A stretch of 64,000 bases of DNA from Felis catus. Lineage: Eukaryota. The stretch is from contig NC_058382.1 of assembly GCF_018350175.1 (NCBI RefSeq), positions 49,230,001 to 49,294,000 on the forward strand. The letters run 5' to 3'. The notes beneath the pieces are model-generated. The model did no database searches. It had not been told where the DNA came from and saw only the letters and a list, made by a program, of their open reading frames with translations. Both the position numbers and the translations under genes were made by a program. Below, one piece after another: positions 13,545 to 25,090 of this stretch. Numbering within the stretch: the stretch's first letter is position 1; every line of letters starts with the position of its first letter.

Positions 13545-14285
13545 GTTACATCTTTTTGATGAGTTGGCTCCTTTATCATTGGGAAATGGCCATTTTGGTC
13601 CCTGGTAATATCCTTTATCCAAAGCCCACTTCGTCTGATTTTAATAGAGTCACACTGGGCTTTTTTATGCTTGGTGTTTGTACGGTCTATCTTTTCCTAC
13701 CCTTTTACTTTCCTCTTGCATTTGTCTTTACATTTAAAGAGCATCTCTTGCAGACAGCATATAGTTGGGTCTTGCTTTTTTATCTAGTCAGACAATCTCT
13801 GCCTCTTAATTGGAGTGTTTGGTCTATTTACATTTAATGCTGGGTAGGTCTACTACCTTCTTTACTACCTTGTTTTCTATTTGTCTCCTCCACTTTTCTT
13901 TCTTGTCTTGTTTGCATTAATCAAGTATTTAAAAATATGCTATATTATAATCTCTATTGGCTTTTTAGCTATGTTTTTGTATTTTTCCTCCAGCTATGCT
14001 CTAAGGATGATAATATGCATATTTAACCTATCACCATCTATCTTTTTAAAAAAAATTTTTTTTAATGTGTTTGTTTATTTTTGAGACAGAGAGAGACCAA
14101 GCATGAGCAGGGGAGGGGTAGAAAGAAGGGGAGATACAGAATCTGAAGCGGGCTCCAGGCTCTGAGCTGTCAGCACAGAGCCCGACACGGGGCTTGAACT
14201 CACGGAGTGTGAGATCATGACCTGAGCTAAAGTCGGACGCTCAACCGACTGAACCACCCAGGTGCCCCTATCACCATCTATCTTG
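13545..14285 (-). mobile_element. Old L1M fragment with an antisense Can-SINE at 14053-14268
   Basis: tcttgcagacagcatatagttgggtcttgc...tctctgcctcttaattggagtgttt is L1M-like. SINE TSD ctatcaccatctatctt on both sides. Confidence 0.72.
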
Positions 14286-17200
14286 AACGAACCCCCTGGA
14301 TTTTATATGTTCCATTTTTGCATGTTACACACAACACTCTATGCCTGTACACTTAGTTCAGACTTAGCTACCTTAGACAATGAACGTTTCTAGCTATATA
14401 TAACACAAGGGTATGGCCAGGCAGGCCTATCTCTCAGCCTAGCAGTGGTTTGGGCAAATTTTTGCCTGTTGATCCATTTTGCCCTTATTTCATAAAGTGA
14501 GTAGAAAACAGCATAGGATTTATAAGCTTAATTCAGTTGAGACACAGGAAGAATGTCTAGGTGAGCGGCAAGCTGGGAATCTAGCCTGAATCTTATACCC
14601 AATTGCAAAGGGAACAGAACAAAAGGACAGAGCAGGTGTGGAGAGCTGGTTGTTTACAGGTGGGGTAGATAGGGCCAGCTCCCTCAGCCCCCCCCCCCCC
14701 CCAACATGGGCATCTCTTGTTTGATGTCCTGTGGCCCACCTGGTCTTTGGACATGACTTTGGTTCCTTCCTGGGTAGGCCAGTGGGCACTGGCCATGTAC
14801 GAATGGAAGACTTGCTATCTAGAGTTGGTCACAAGGCTGCCTCCGACCTGATCACTGGCCTTGGAGGACCTCAAACCTGGCTCCATGTCTAGCCCACAGT
14901 ACATTTCTGTGAGGGAGCCCTCCTTGGTGCCAGGGAGGGCCATGTCACTCTGGGGGCTGAGGCACTGCCCTGAAAGAATCCCAAGGAGGCTCATTTTCCC
15001 CTCTGCAAACATCCCCCTCAGTCCTCAATAGCCAACACCTATATTTCCACTACTGGAGCATCAGCCACTATTCCAGGGGAAGTAAAGCGAGCCTTCCATG
15101 CAAGTATAGAAATCCAGGCCCGCTGCCCTCCTCCCCATTTTATGGGTAAGGGCATTGTGGCCCAGAGGGTACAAGTGACTCTTGAGATGGGACTGGTTGG
15201 TCCTGGGGCAGGGGTGACCCCGCCACCCCCCCCTTCCCTCCACACAATCTCCTAGGAGCTGGGACATTCACCATATGCTCAACCTTCAGTTAGATATACA
15301 TGCACTGACAGGGTGTCTTTTCTCAATTCTCTTCCAGCCCCAATCCCTGCCCGAGAGAGAAAGTGTCAGCTGGATGCTAATGCGTCCAACACTTCTCACT
15401 TACTGGGTCATTTCCAACATGGCAGCTGGCTGGGAACTGGTCTTGAGAAGGGAGGATGGTAGAGAGGAGAGCTCAGAATCCAGGGAGATGGGAAGGGTCT
15501 CAAAGTAAATTTCACTTCCTCTTCTCCCGGGCTGAGGGCCCTTAATCCTCCCATACAAATGGCTCTCTTCCTTCCCCTTCCAAGCTGGCCCCAGGTCCTG
15601 GCCCCTCCCCACCTCTATGTCCTGGGGCTCTGTGAAACAAGGAACTACAAGGAAAAAGATCTGCAGCCTCTGTCTGGTCCTGAGTGGGGAAAGGAGGAGG
15701 GAACAGACCACTGACCACACTTCCAGTTCCCAGGCATCTGGGGGTTTCCATAGCAACCTTCTCAATAACAAATCCTCCTTTTTCAAATGCGGAACCTGAT
15801 GCTCGGAGACAGCAAGTCATTCACTCAGGGGTGCCCAGCTAAAACTGACGGCATGGGTGAGGGTGAGGATGTATCCAGAAACTGTTTGTTGGGGAGGGGG
15901 GTGGTCATTTAATGAACTCAAAAATCCTGAGCTACAGCCTGGGCCCCGGAAAACACATGTAAATCGGGATAAATTTGGCCCAGAGTCCTACGCCCCTCCC
16001 CCACCCGGCTCTGCCCTTGACCCAAGGGTGGGGGAGGGCTCTCCCGGGCTATGTCTGGAATGCAGCTGCAGCAAGGCCTGCAGGGGGAAAGGGCAGCCTG
16101 CTGCCCAGAGGGAGCCTGGAAGGGTTTGCATGCTGCCAGGGTTGGAAGGGAGCCTTCTCTGCTCCCCAGGTCCCCCTCCCCGCAGGCAGCACAGGGGTCT
16201 GCTGGCACAGAACTCTTCTGAGGGCCAGCCCCAGCTCAGGAGTGGCAAACTGGGAATCTGCTCTTCCCCGGACAGGGCACACGTGGGGAAAGGGGACTGG
16301 GACGGCAGCTCTGTGCCAGCAGCTCCTCCCACCTCTGCAGCCATAACCTAAGGCAATTGTTTAAAGAAATGTCCACCCAAACCGCAGAGCTGCTGAGCTC
16401 ATAGCTCCAGGGATGGCTTCCGAGCCAGAAAGGCGGGGGATGGGCTTCTAACCAGCAGTGGCCAGTGGGGAGGGGAGTGAGGGCTAGAAGCTCTACAAGA
16501 ATCCTGGCCACTGTTCCTTTATCCTTGTCACAGGTCCCCTGGGCTCAGACTTCATGTCCGTTATCCTACGTAAGTTGCGATTTTGAGAACTGGAGCCTGA
16601 CATGGTCCCATTTTACAGGTGAGGAGACTGAGGTCAGATGCTCAGTGGTATATGCTGCAGGGGGGACGTGCACCCAAGCCAGCGCAGCTCCAGAGCCCGA
16701 GGTCTCAAAGGGCCAGGAGGCCTCCTATCAGCTGGCTAGGCGCCGCCGTGACTGTGAATTCGTCAGCACAGAGGCTTTGAGGGTCCCACAGGAGGCCTTA
16801 CGGGGTGCCTGAAGGCCTGTCCTGTACAGTCTAACTGGGGGTTCCCAGCTGGACAAGCTCAAACCCACAAAGGCAGTTCTGGACCACCCACCTCCACCCT
16901 ATACCCCGGGGGAAGTGGTGGCCTTCCCCCATGAGGGTTCAGAGATGAGAGTGGTTGGGGAGCAGGAGGTGAGGGCCAGACCCCAGGGAGAGAGGTTTGG
17001 CCATGTCATACAGAAAGCCAATGGGAACTCAATCCTCAAGGCTGAAGAACTCAGAGGGGACCTGCCCTCCCCCCCCCCATCCCAAAGCGAGGTGGGCTCT
17101 TCTTTAACCCTTTCTATACCCTTTCCTACACTCTGGGCAGCCTGGCTTTCTTGACACCTACCCTGGGGAGGGTCAAGGTGAGACAGGAGGCCCAAGGAGA

Positions 17201-17839
17201 CCCAAGGTGACCAGGGGACAGAATGCTGGGAGGTGAGCCAGGCCTGCACCCACAGTGTTGAGGTTGACCCTTCCCCAGATGTGGGCTGGCCGAGGGGCCC
17301 TTGTCTGGATCCAGGGGCTATTCTCCCCAGTTCTCAGTGACATACCTGGGTGTGCTGAAAAGCTAAACCCATGCAGCCAATGTCAACATCTTTGTAGGCA
17401 CAGGCGAACCCCGGAGCAGCCCTTGATGCCGAGGGTCCTGTGTGTGGGGACGTATGTATAGACCTAGGGTTAGAGAGCTTCCCAGTGTTTATTGCTTCGT
17501 GACACACCTGGATGGATGGTTCTACCTGTTTCTTAGGGGAAGAGAGTGGGCCTCACCCCCTGGTAGCCTGTGGAGCTAGAGCACTTCTGGCTCGGCTCAA
17601 GGCAAGATGGGAAGGAAGACTCTACCTCAGCCTCCGCCCTCCCTTCTGCCCTCCCCTCCCCCAGTACAGGCCTCAGGGTCTTATTCGTGGCCAGCTGTCA
17701 GGGTGGAAGGAACACATGGAAGGAACAGGTCAGGGGAGGGGGCTCAACAGCCCTGTGGTTACAGGCAGGGCCACTGAGCCAACCAGCAGAGCCACTTGGG
17801 ACAGGAGCCCTCAGCTCCTCCTCAGTAAAACAAGGATCA

Positions 17840-19975
17840 TTTTTTTTTTTTAAGTTTGTTTGTTTTGAAAGAGAGAGAAAAAAAGACAGAGAGAGAGAGA
17901 GAGACAGCATGAGCAGGGGAGGGACAGTCAGAAAGACAGAATCCCAAGCAGGCTCTAGTCAGCACAGAGCCCAACACAGGGCTCGAACCCACGAACCATG
18001 AGATCATGACCTGAGCTGAAATCAAGAGCCAGAGCTTACCTGACTGAGCTACCCAGGTGCTCCAAAGCAGGATCATTCTAATCCTTATCTTGTCCTGGTG
18101 TTCAAATGATTGGATCAGACAGTAGACAACGTCTATAAAGTGCTCAGCCCGGCATCTGGCACTTGGTAAGAGCTCAATGAAAGAAGCGTTAATTCAGGGC
18201 TAACTCCGCTTCCCCGGGGGGATCTGGGCTGGGAACCTTTGCAAACCCCTCGAATCCCTCCAGTTCTGATTCTTGGGAGGCTGGCCCCCAAAGTGGGGAG
18301 GGTGGAGGAGGCTGGGGGTGCAGAGAGACTGAAATGGACACAGTCGAGCGGTGAAAAGAGGCAGTGGAACAAATAGGACAGGTGCATCTAGAAGCCAGGA
18401 GCAGTGGGCGGCTCCGGCCACCTATACCGAGACAAGCTCCAGGCTGGCTGGGTTCCAGAACACGGGGAGAGACACGCAGGGGCTAGTGTAGGGTGAGGAG
18501 CTACAGTGTGGTTTCTCATCCCACAAGGAAGCTGGGCATGACTGAGTGATCCAGTGAATGATTTAGAAATTGTTCCAGTGAAATCCCATGCAGAGCCTGA
18601 AAGTCAGCCGATATTGCACCTGTAAGCAGGGCGAGGCACCCTGGGCTTGCTTCCTGGCCCTTTCAGAACCTTCCGCCCTTTGCCCAGGTACCCCCACCTC
18701 AGTTTCCCCTCACTCTTTCCAGAACAGCCCACTCTGTCCTCCAGCTTCCAGACCCTTCCTTAGCAGCCCCCCAGAGGGGCTCCCTTGAATGCAAAACACG
18801 AAGGGTTAACTTTGGCAAGTCCTGCCCTAAGAGCGGTGTCCAAGTCCCCGCCAGGCCCGGGACCCCGGCTGAGTCAAAGCGACTGCCCTGTGGGCCTCTC
18901 TCCTCAGCTCCTCAAGGTCCAGACCCAACGGACGCCCCCAAGCCCCTGGCCTGGGGCAGAAACAGGTGTAGGGTCTAAATCAGACCAGGGGCTTAAGGGC
19001 TCGCCCAGCCTCTCCACTCCCCCAAAGGGACTGGGATTGAACCTGTGGGAGACGAATGCAAAACTAGGGAAAAGCGGGGCACCTGGTTCAGTCAGATGAG
19101 CGTCCGACTCTTGATGTCAGCTCAGGTCATGATCCGACCTGGTTCGTGAGATTAAGCCCCGTGTGGGGCTCTGCAGTGACAACGCTGAGCCTGCTTGGGA
19201 TTCTCTCTCTCCCTCTCTCTCTCTCTCTCTGCCCCTCCTCCGCTCACGTTCTCTTTTTCTTTCTCTCTCTCTCAAAATAAATAAATAAACTTAAAAAAAA
19301 ATAAGAAAAAGCAAGCCAGGCACTGTTCACTCTCCCTGGGAAGCCCAGCTCCCCAGGCTGACCCCCACTGCTCCCAGTGGGGCTGGGGGCCCCTTCCCAG
19401 GGCAGGTCTCCAAGCCCTCTCTCAGCCGGAGACACAGGAGGAGGGGGGAGGAGGAAGAGAGAAAGTGTGTGAAAGAATGACAGAGAGGCAGAGAAGGTGA
19501 GTCAGGCTGGGCTGCCAGGAGCCAGGAGCAGGCCCTGGGAGGGGAGGAGGAGGGAGGCCTCTCTTCCACTCTGGTGGGGAGCGGGGCTGGTGGGGAGCGG
19601 GGCACGGGGCACACGGAGGAACAGGACTTGATTTCCCCTCCCCCCACCACATACAGTGACACGGCTGGAGTCAGCCTTGAACCTGCAGCCTGGGGAGACT
19701 GAGAGGACCCTGCCCCAGGGCGGGGCTGGCAACACAAGATCCCCTTGTCCCCTGGGGTGCCAGGGTGGCCCAGTCTGTTAAGCGTCAGACTTTGCCTTGG
19801 GTTGTGTGTTCATGGTTCGGTTCGTGAGTTTGAGCCTGCGTTGGGCTCTGTGCTGACAGTGTGGAGCCTGCTTGGTGGGGCGGGGGACTCTTCCTCTCTC
19901 TGCCCATCCCTGGCTCTCCCTCGCGTGCTCTCTCTTCAAATAAATAAGTAAACTTAAAAAAAAAAAAAAAAAAAA
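17840..19975. mobile_element. Intron 2 Can-SINEs: 17840-18064 (-), 19077-19302 (+), 19754-19975 (+)
   Basis: SINE heads and tails recognisable, with TSDs such as aggatcatt and ccccttgtcccc. The span also includes unique sequence. Confidence 0.85.
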
Positions 19976-21348
19976 GAACCCCTTGTCCCCAGCCAGCCTC
20001 CCTTGGCAGTCCCCTCCCTTCCAGGATCATTCTCTCTGATTCTCTCTTGCCGCGGTGCCACAGGGCTGCCCACATCCATCCAGTCCTGGTCGGCTCTCTC
20101 TTTATTGCCTTTCCTACACTCAACCCTCCAGGCCAAGCTCACGGGCCCCAAGCATCCCTCTTCGCTGCTCCTTTCCGGACCACCCGGCCCGCTGAGCCCT
20201 GAGCTGGACACCCGCAGCTCACTCTCTGGGCCTGCCCTCATCCCCACACCCTCCCCCGCCTTCAGCGGCTCCTGTTTTTCCAGGATGAGGCCCTGACGCC
20301 ACAGCTTCCGGGGTCCCTGTCCCATTCAAGCTGGCTGTCTCCCCATCCGTCCTACCCATGTGCAGAACAAGTCCAAGCCCCCAAAACTTCCAGAGAAGAC
20401 ACCCAAGGGGCGTCTTTGCCATGGGCTGAGGGGCTCCCCCAGAGGCAGTGGCAGTTCCCATGTGACAGCTGCTGTCTCCGGGTTCCCGGGGTCCTTCCTG
20501 AAAGGGGCCCAGGAAACAAGCAGCTTTGCGGATCCTCCCCACCTCGGGCCACCTATGTTCTCTGGGTGTGCTTCTCACATCTCCCCAAGTTGTAATAACT
20601 GCTGGCCGGGATGCTCTGTCCTCCCCAGCAGGTTGTGTGCTCCTTGGGGGCGGGGGCCTGTCCTGTTGTCTCCTGACCCTGGTGTCCAGCACAGGTAGGG
20701 GACATTCATGGATGTGCACGGTGGTGTCTATTCCAGGCTTGGGACAGTTCAACCACCCAGGTTGGAGGGAAATGGTGCTCAAGTCTGGTTCCCTCCAGAT
20801 CTCCCAGGTGATACAGCTTCTACCCCTGTTCCACTGAACGACCTCACTTCCTCTGTGACCCGTCAGCTCATCCAGGATTCCTCAAACCCGCTTCATCACA
20901 GCAGGAGAGGTCAGGTGCCACAGATGGATGTTGTAAATGGTGCCAGCTGTCTCCCCCGGGGCCTCAAGGCTCCCCCCTCCCCCCACCCCTCCCCTGTACG
21001 GCTGGTGACCCCTGAGAGTGATTATTAGCGTCTAGGGGAAGCTCTGCCCTGCAGGCTGGTCAAGCTGGGTTTGTCTGGACCTTCTGAACTTGTCATTGTG
21101 TTCTTCTCAGCCCCAGGCTCTGTGGGAGACCACCCTCTGGGGTGTTTGGTCGGAAGAACCCCCGTGTGTGCAGTTTCCCCACACCCACCACCTCGGCTCT
21201 GGTTTGCTTTCGCGCTATGAATGTCTGCTTCCCCATCTCAACCCTCCTGGGAGGATGTCACAAACACGCACAGCCTCTGGCTCCACACACTCCCGCCTTG
21301 GCCCCAGGAGCCCCGGATCATCTCCCAGCCCTGCCCTCTGCCAGCTAC

Positions 21349-21441
21349 CTTGTCCCAGTCCACCACTTTGAACTTTGGCTCCATCAAAGGGTCTGTCTTC
21401 TGAGTGTTCACAGAGGCCACAGTCCCATTCTCCACGGAGCC
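21349..21441 (-). CDS. FA2H: FA2H coding exon 2 (93 nt, codons 91-121, linker)
   Basis: Acceptor tctctccccag|GGC, donor AAG|gtagct. Translates [31 protein letters not shown], matching the recalled FA2H linker; phase 0-0. Confidence 0.96.
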
Positions 21442-22507
21442 CTGGGGAGAGAAGAGACAGGTGGTTATCTATGGTGCTGGGGTGGGAGTGGGGGGAAGGG
21501 AGCAGGGAGCCAGCCCAAGGCGAGGCAGCCCACAGTGACGAGAGCCTCTTGCTGGGGCAGGGTGGGTGGAAATCAAGGACACTGAGTGCATCTGAACATA
21601 GGTAGACGCTACTTGTGTCGTTCTCCGCAATTTTCTCCTCCTTTTAAAAAATAATTTCTGTAAGAACAAGAGGCAGAAAGGTATGGGAGAGAAAAAAAGC
21701 TGGCAGAGAGGCTATAGGAAGTTAGAGCCATCAGTGGGTATGCTGTGGGCAAGGGAGTCCCTTCCAGCCTCTCTCTCTCTCTAGGTCCCTGGCAGGTATC
21801 AGGCAGAGGGAGGCACAGGGTGGCACCCTGGGCACCTGGTAGGCTCACTGTGCCATTCCAGTGACCACCGCACCTCCCTCCCTTCCCAGGAATTGCAGAG
21901 CCCGTGGGTCACAGGCTGGGGCAGCTAGGTCCACATGCCCATAAGAAATGCAGCCCAGAGAAGAAGACGGTCCCTCTAGGAGCTCCCATGTGTGGGTCAG
22001 CAGCTGTACGTGGGGCAGAACTGGCAGAGAGGTGCCCAGATGGGCTCAAGGTGAAATCGAAGTCGCAGAGAAGCCAAGTCAGAAGGAAATGGAATTGTGG
22101 AATGTACCAGGAAAGTCACATGGCTGCAGCTGGCCCTGACGTCATGGGGTGGTGGTGAGGAGGCTGGGGAGGGCAGGAGAGAGGTGGGGAGAGCAATGCC
22201 ACTGGGAGGCCTGCCCTCAGATGCCCCGTGACTAAAGCATACTGTGGTGCCGGTGACCGTGGTGGGGACCCCGGAAGCAGGGTACTTGGCAAGGACTGAG
22301 GAGCCGAAGCAGCCCTCTGGGGTTTCTATTGGCACAATTCTTCCATTTTTGCTTCCAAACGAACCAAGAGAAACTGGGGGTGACGGCGAAGCTGGCATTC
22401 TCTGGGGAAACCCATATCAACCCAAGTAAAAGTAGACTTCTGTGGTCCTGTCTTGGGGTGGATATGTCAGTGTTTTTAGTCTGGGTCACCGTACTGATAC
22501 CTGAATT

Positions 22508-22675
22508 CTTTTCTTTTTTTTCTTTTCTCTTCTCTTCTCTTCTCTTCTCTTCTCTTCTCTTCTCTTCTCTTCCTCTTTTCTTTTCTTTTCTTTTCTTTTC
22601 TTTTCTTTTCTTTTCTTTTCTCTTTTCTGTTCTCTTTATTTCTCCCTTCCTTTCTTTGCTTTCCTTCCTTCCTTC
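22508..22675 (+). repeat. Compound pyrimidine microsatellite (TTCTC)n/(TTTTC)n/(TTCC)n
   Basis: Directly visible; abuts the tail of an antisense SINE. Confidence 0.95.
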
Positions 22676-22679
22676 AATG

Positions 22680-23535
22680 TTTTTAAAGTTTATTTATTAA
22701 TTTATTTAGAGAGAGCACACACAGTGGTGGGGCAGAGAGAGAGGGAGAGAGAGCGAATCCCAAGCAGGCTCTGCACGGTCAGCACAGAGCCGGGTGCGGG
22801 GCTTGAACTCATGAACTGTGACATCATGACCTGAGCCAAAATCAGGAGTCAGATGCCTAACCGACTGAGCCACCCAGGCACCCCTTGGATTCTTAGAAAA
22901 GGATCTTGGGGCACCTGGGTGGTTCAGTTGGTTGAGCGTCTGACTTCGGCTCAGGTCATGATCTCACGGTTTGTGAGTTTGAGCTCCCCATTGGGCTCTG
23001 TGCTGAGTGTGCAGAGCCTGCTTCATATCCTGTCTCCTCTCTCCCTGCCCCTCCCCCACTTGCTCTCTCTTAAAAATAAACATTAAAAAATTATAAAAAA
23101 GGATCTCAAATGACCTCTTAAGGTCAAGGAAGAGTGGATTTCATAGCATATTGTACAATGAAATTCCCAAATATCCAATACAAATGTCACATAATAAACT
23201 CGTCCCTTCTAGTTCTGTTCTACCCTCAAAATACCCTGGAGCACCCCCAGTCACTGAGCTATTGATTCTCCCTTCCTCCTGATAGTTATTTTCTCTGGGG
23301 CACCCCAAATCCTTTCTTAAATTTTTTTTTTTAACATTTATTTATTTTTGAGACAGAGAGAGCATAGAGTATGAATGGGGGAGGGGCAGAGAGAGAGGGA
23401 GACACAGAATCGGAAACAGGCTCCAGGCTCCGAGCCATCAGCCCAGAGCCTGACGCCGGGCTCGAGCTCACGGACCGCGAGATCGTGACCGGAGCTGAAG
23501 TCCGACGCTCAACCGACTGAGCCACCCAGGCACCC
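22680..23535. mobile_element. Can-SINE cluster: 22680-22884 (-), 22908-23096 (+), 23324-23535 (-)
   Basis: Head-to-head pair with a 23-nt spacer. The third copy is CpG-rich with TSD ccccaaatcctttcttaaatt. Confidence 0.9.
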
Positions 23536-25021
23536 CCCAAATCCTTTCTTAAATTGTGTCATCTGACCCTTCTCTGCGGCCCCACGTCCACTCACTGCAA
23601 CCCCATCGGTCCCTCTCAATAAAACAAAATGCTGGTCTCGGGGACCTGCCCGCCCATCCCAAACAGGGAAGGAGTCAGCACACGTATTATCATTTAATGT
23701 TTCTGTGCTACGCTTTTCACACATCCCTGAATGGCAGACACAAACCGGAAGCAGAAGAAAGGGCCATCCCCCTCACGGCCCTGGGCCGCGTCCAACCCGT
23801 GCTTCTGCTCACTCAAGTCTGGACTGTTTCCTGAGATTTCCAGTCCTTGGAAAAGTCTTCTTTCTGCCCAACTGGCTGCCTCCGATTTTCCGGGAGTCGC
23901 TCCTGGTTCCTTCCCTCTAGGACTGTGCACACTTTCTCCTTTTCACCTGAGAGGCTCACACCTATTTGAGGATATGCAACACCCTAGCCCTCTGTCATCT
24001 GCTTTTCCTCAAGACCCTCTTAGCACATAAGAGAGTCTCTCAGTGTAAGGATTGGCCGGCTGTTCCTCGTCCAAGGCAGATGTGATGGGACCAGCACAGA
24101 ACCCAGCAGCGTTCACGCCTCCCTGGTGTGGAACATGAGGGGGACTGAGCTCCCGCCGGCCCTCGGGGACTGCCATCCTGACGCACACACGTTCACTTAG
24201 CTTCCACCCCCCCTTGAAGCCTTTCGTATGGACGTCTGCTGCTGGCATCGTGTGGAGAGCTGGTGTGGCCCGGGAGGTGGTTTGGACCGGCACACCTGTT
24301 CACTGGAGGGCCCCAAAAGATATGTGATGAGGGTTGGGATGCCCAGAAGAGCAACGGAGGAGAGAGCAGCAGGCAGCAGAAAACAGAGAAAGCCTGAAAA
24401 GGAGACCTGCAAGGGGGAGTTTGCAGGGACCGGAAGCCCTGGCTCCTCATCAGCTTCCTCTTCGGGGCTGACGGTCTCAGCGCGGCACCACCGTGGCCCT
24501 GCCTCTTCCCTCGCATCTTTCCTCCCACGCGGCTCTCATCCACGGCCACCGTTTTCGTGCATTCATCCAGCCACACACGTCTGAGCGTCCCTGATGTGCC
24601 TCAGCATCAGCCCAGAAGACTCCCCATCTCTACCTCTCTGACCCTGGCCCCACTCCTTGCCTCCGGAGAATGTTCCCAACTACCCACATTATGGTCTAAC
24701 CCAAAGCCCTGCTGTCCCCTGTCCCCTCTGACACCGCTTCCTAAAAGCGAACACAGCATCACCTCCTGTAAATCGGCTTATGGTTGACTTCCCTATATTT
24801 AAAATCTTTCCCCTGTATTTCCAAACTGCTCTGCTGTCACGCCCTTGGATTTAACTCCAATTTTCCCCTCTAGCCAGCATTTTCCTTCTCGAATGTCATC
24901 CTTCCAGGATGATGACAAAGGTGAATATTCACAAATGCTTCCTCTGTGCCCAGTGCTTTAATCTTCAAAACGACTGTATGAACAACTGTATCATCTCTCA
25001 TTTGCCAACTTTTTCTTATTT

Positions 25022-25040
25022 TTGTAAATATTTATTTATT

Positions 25041-25090
<50 letters not shown>

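Noticed and set aside
21421..21429. N-G-T glycosylation sequon in exon 2
   Set aside because: It lies in the linker next to the cytosolic cytochrome b5 domain, so it is unlikely to face the ER lumen.
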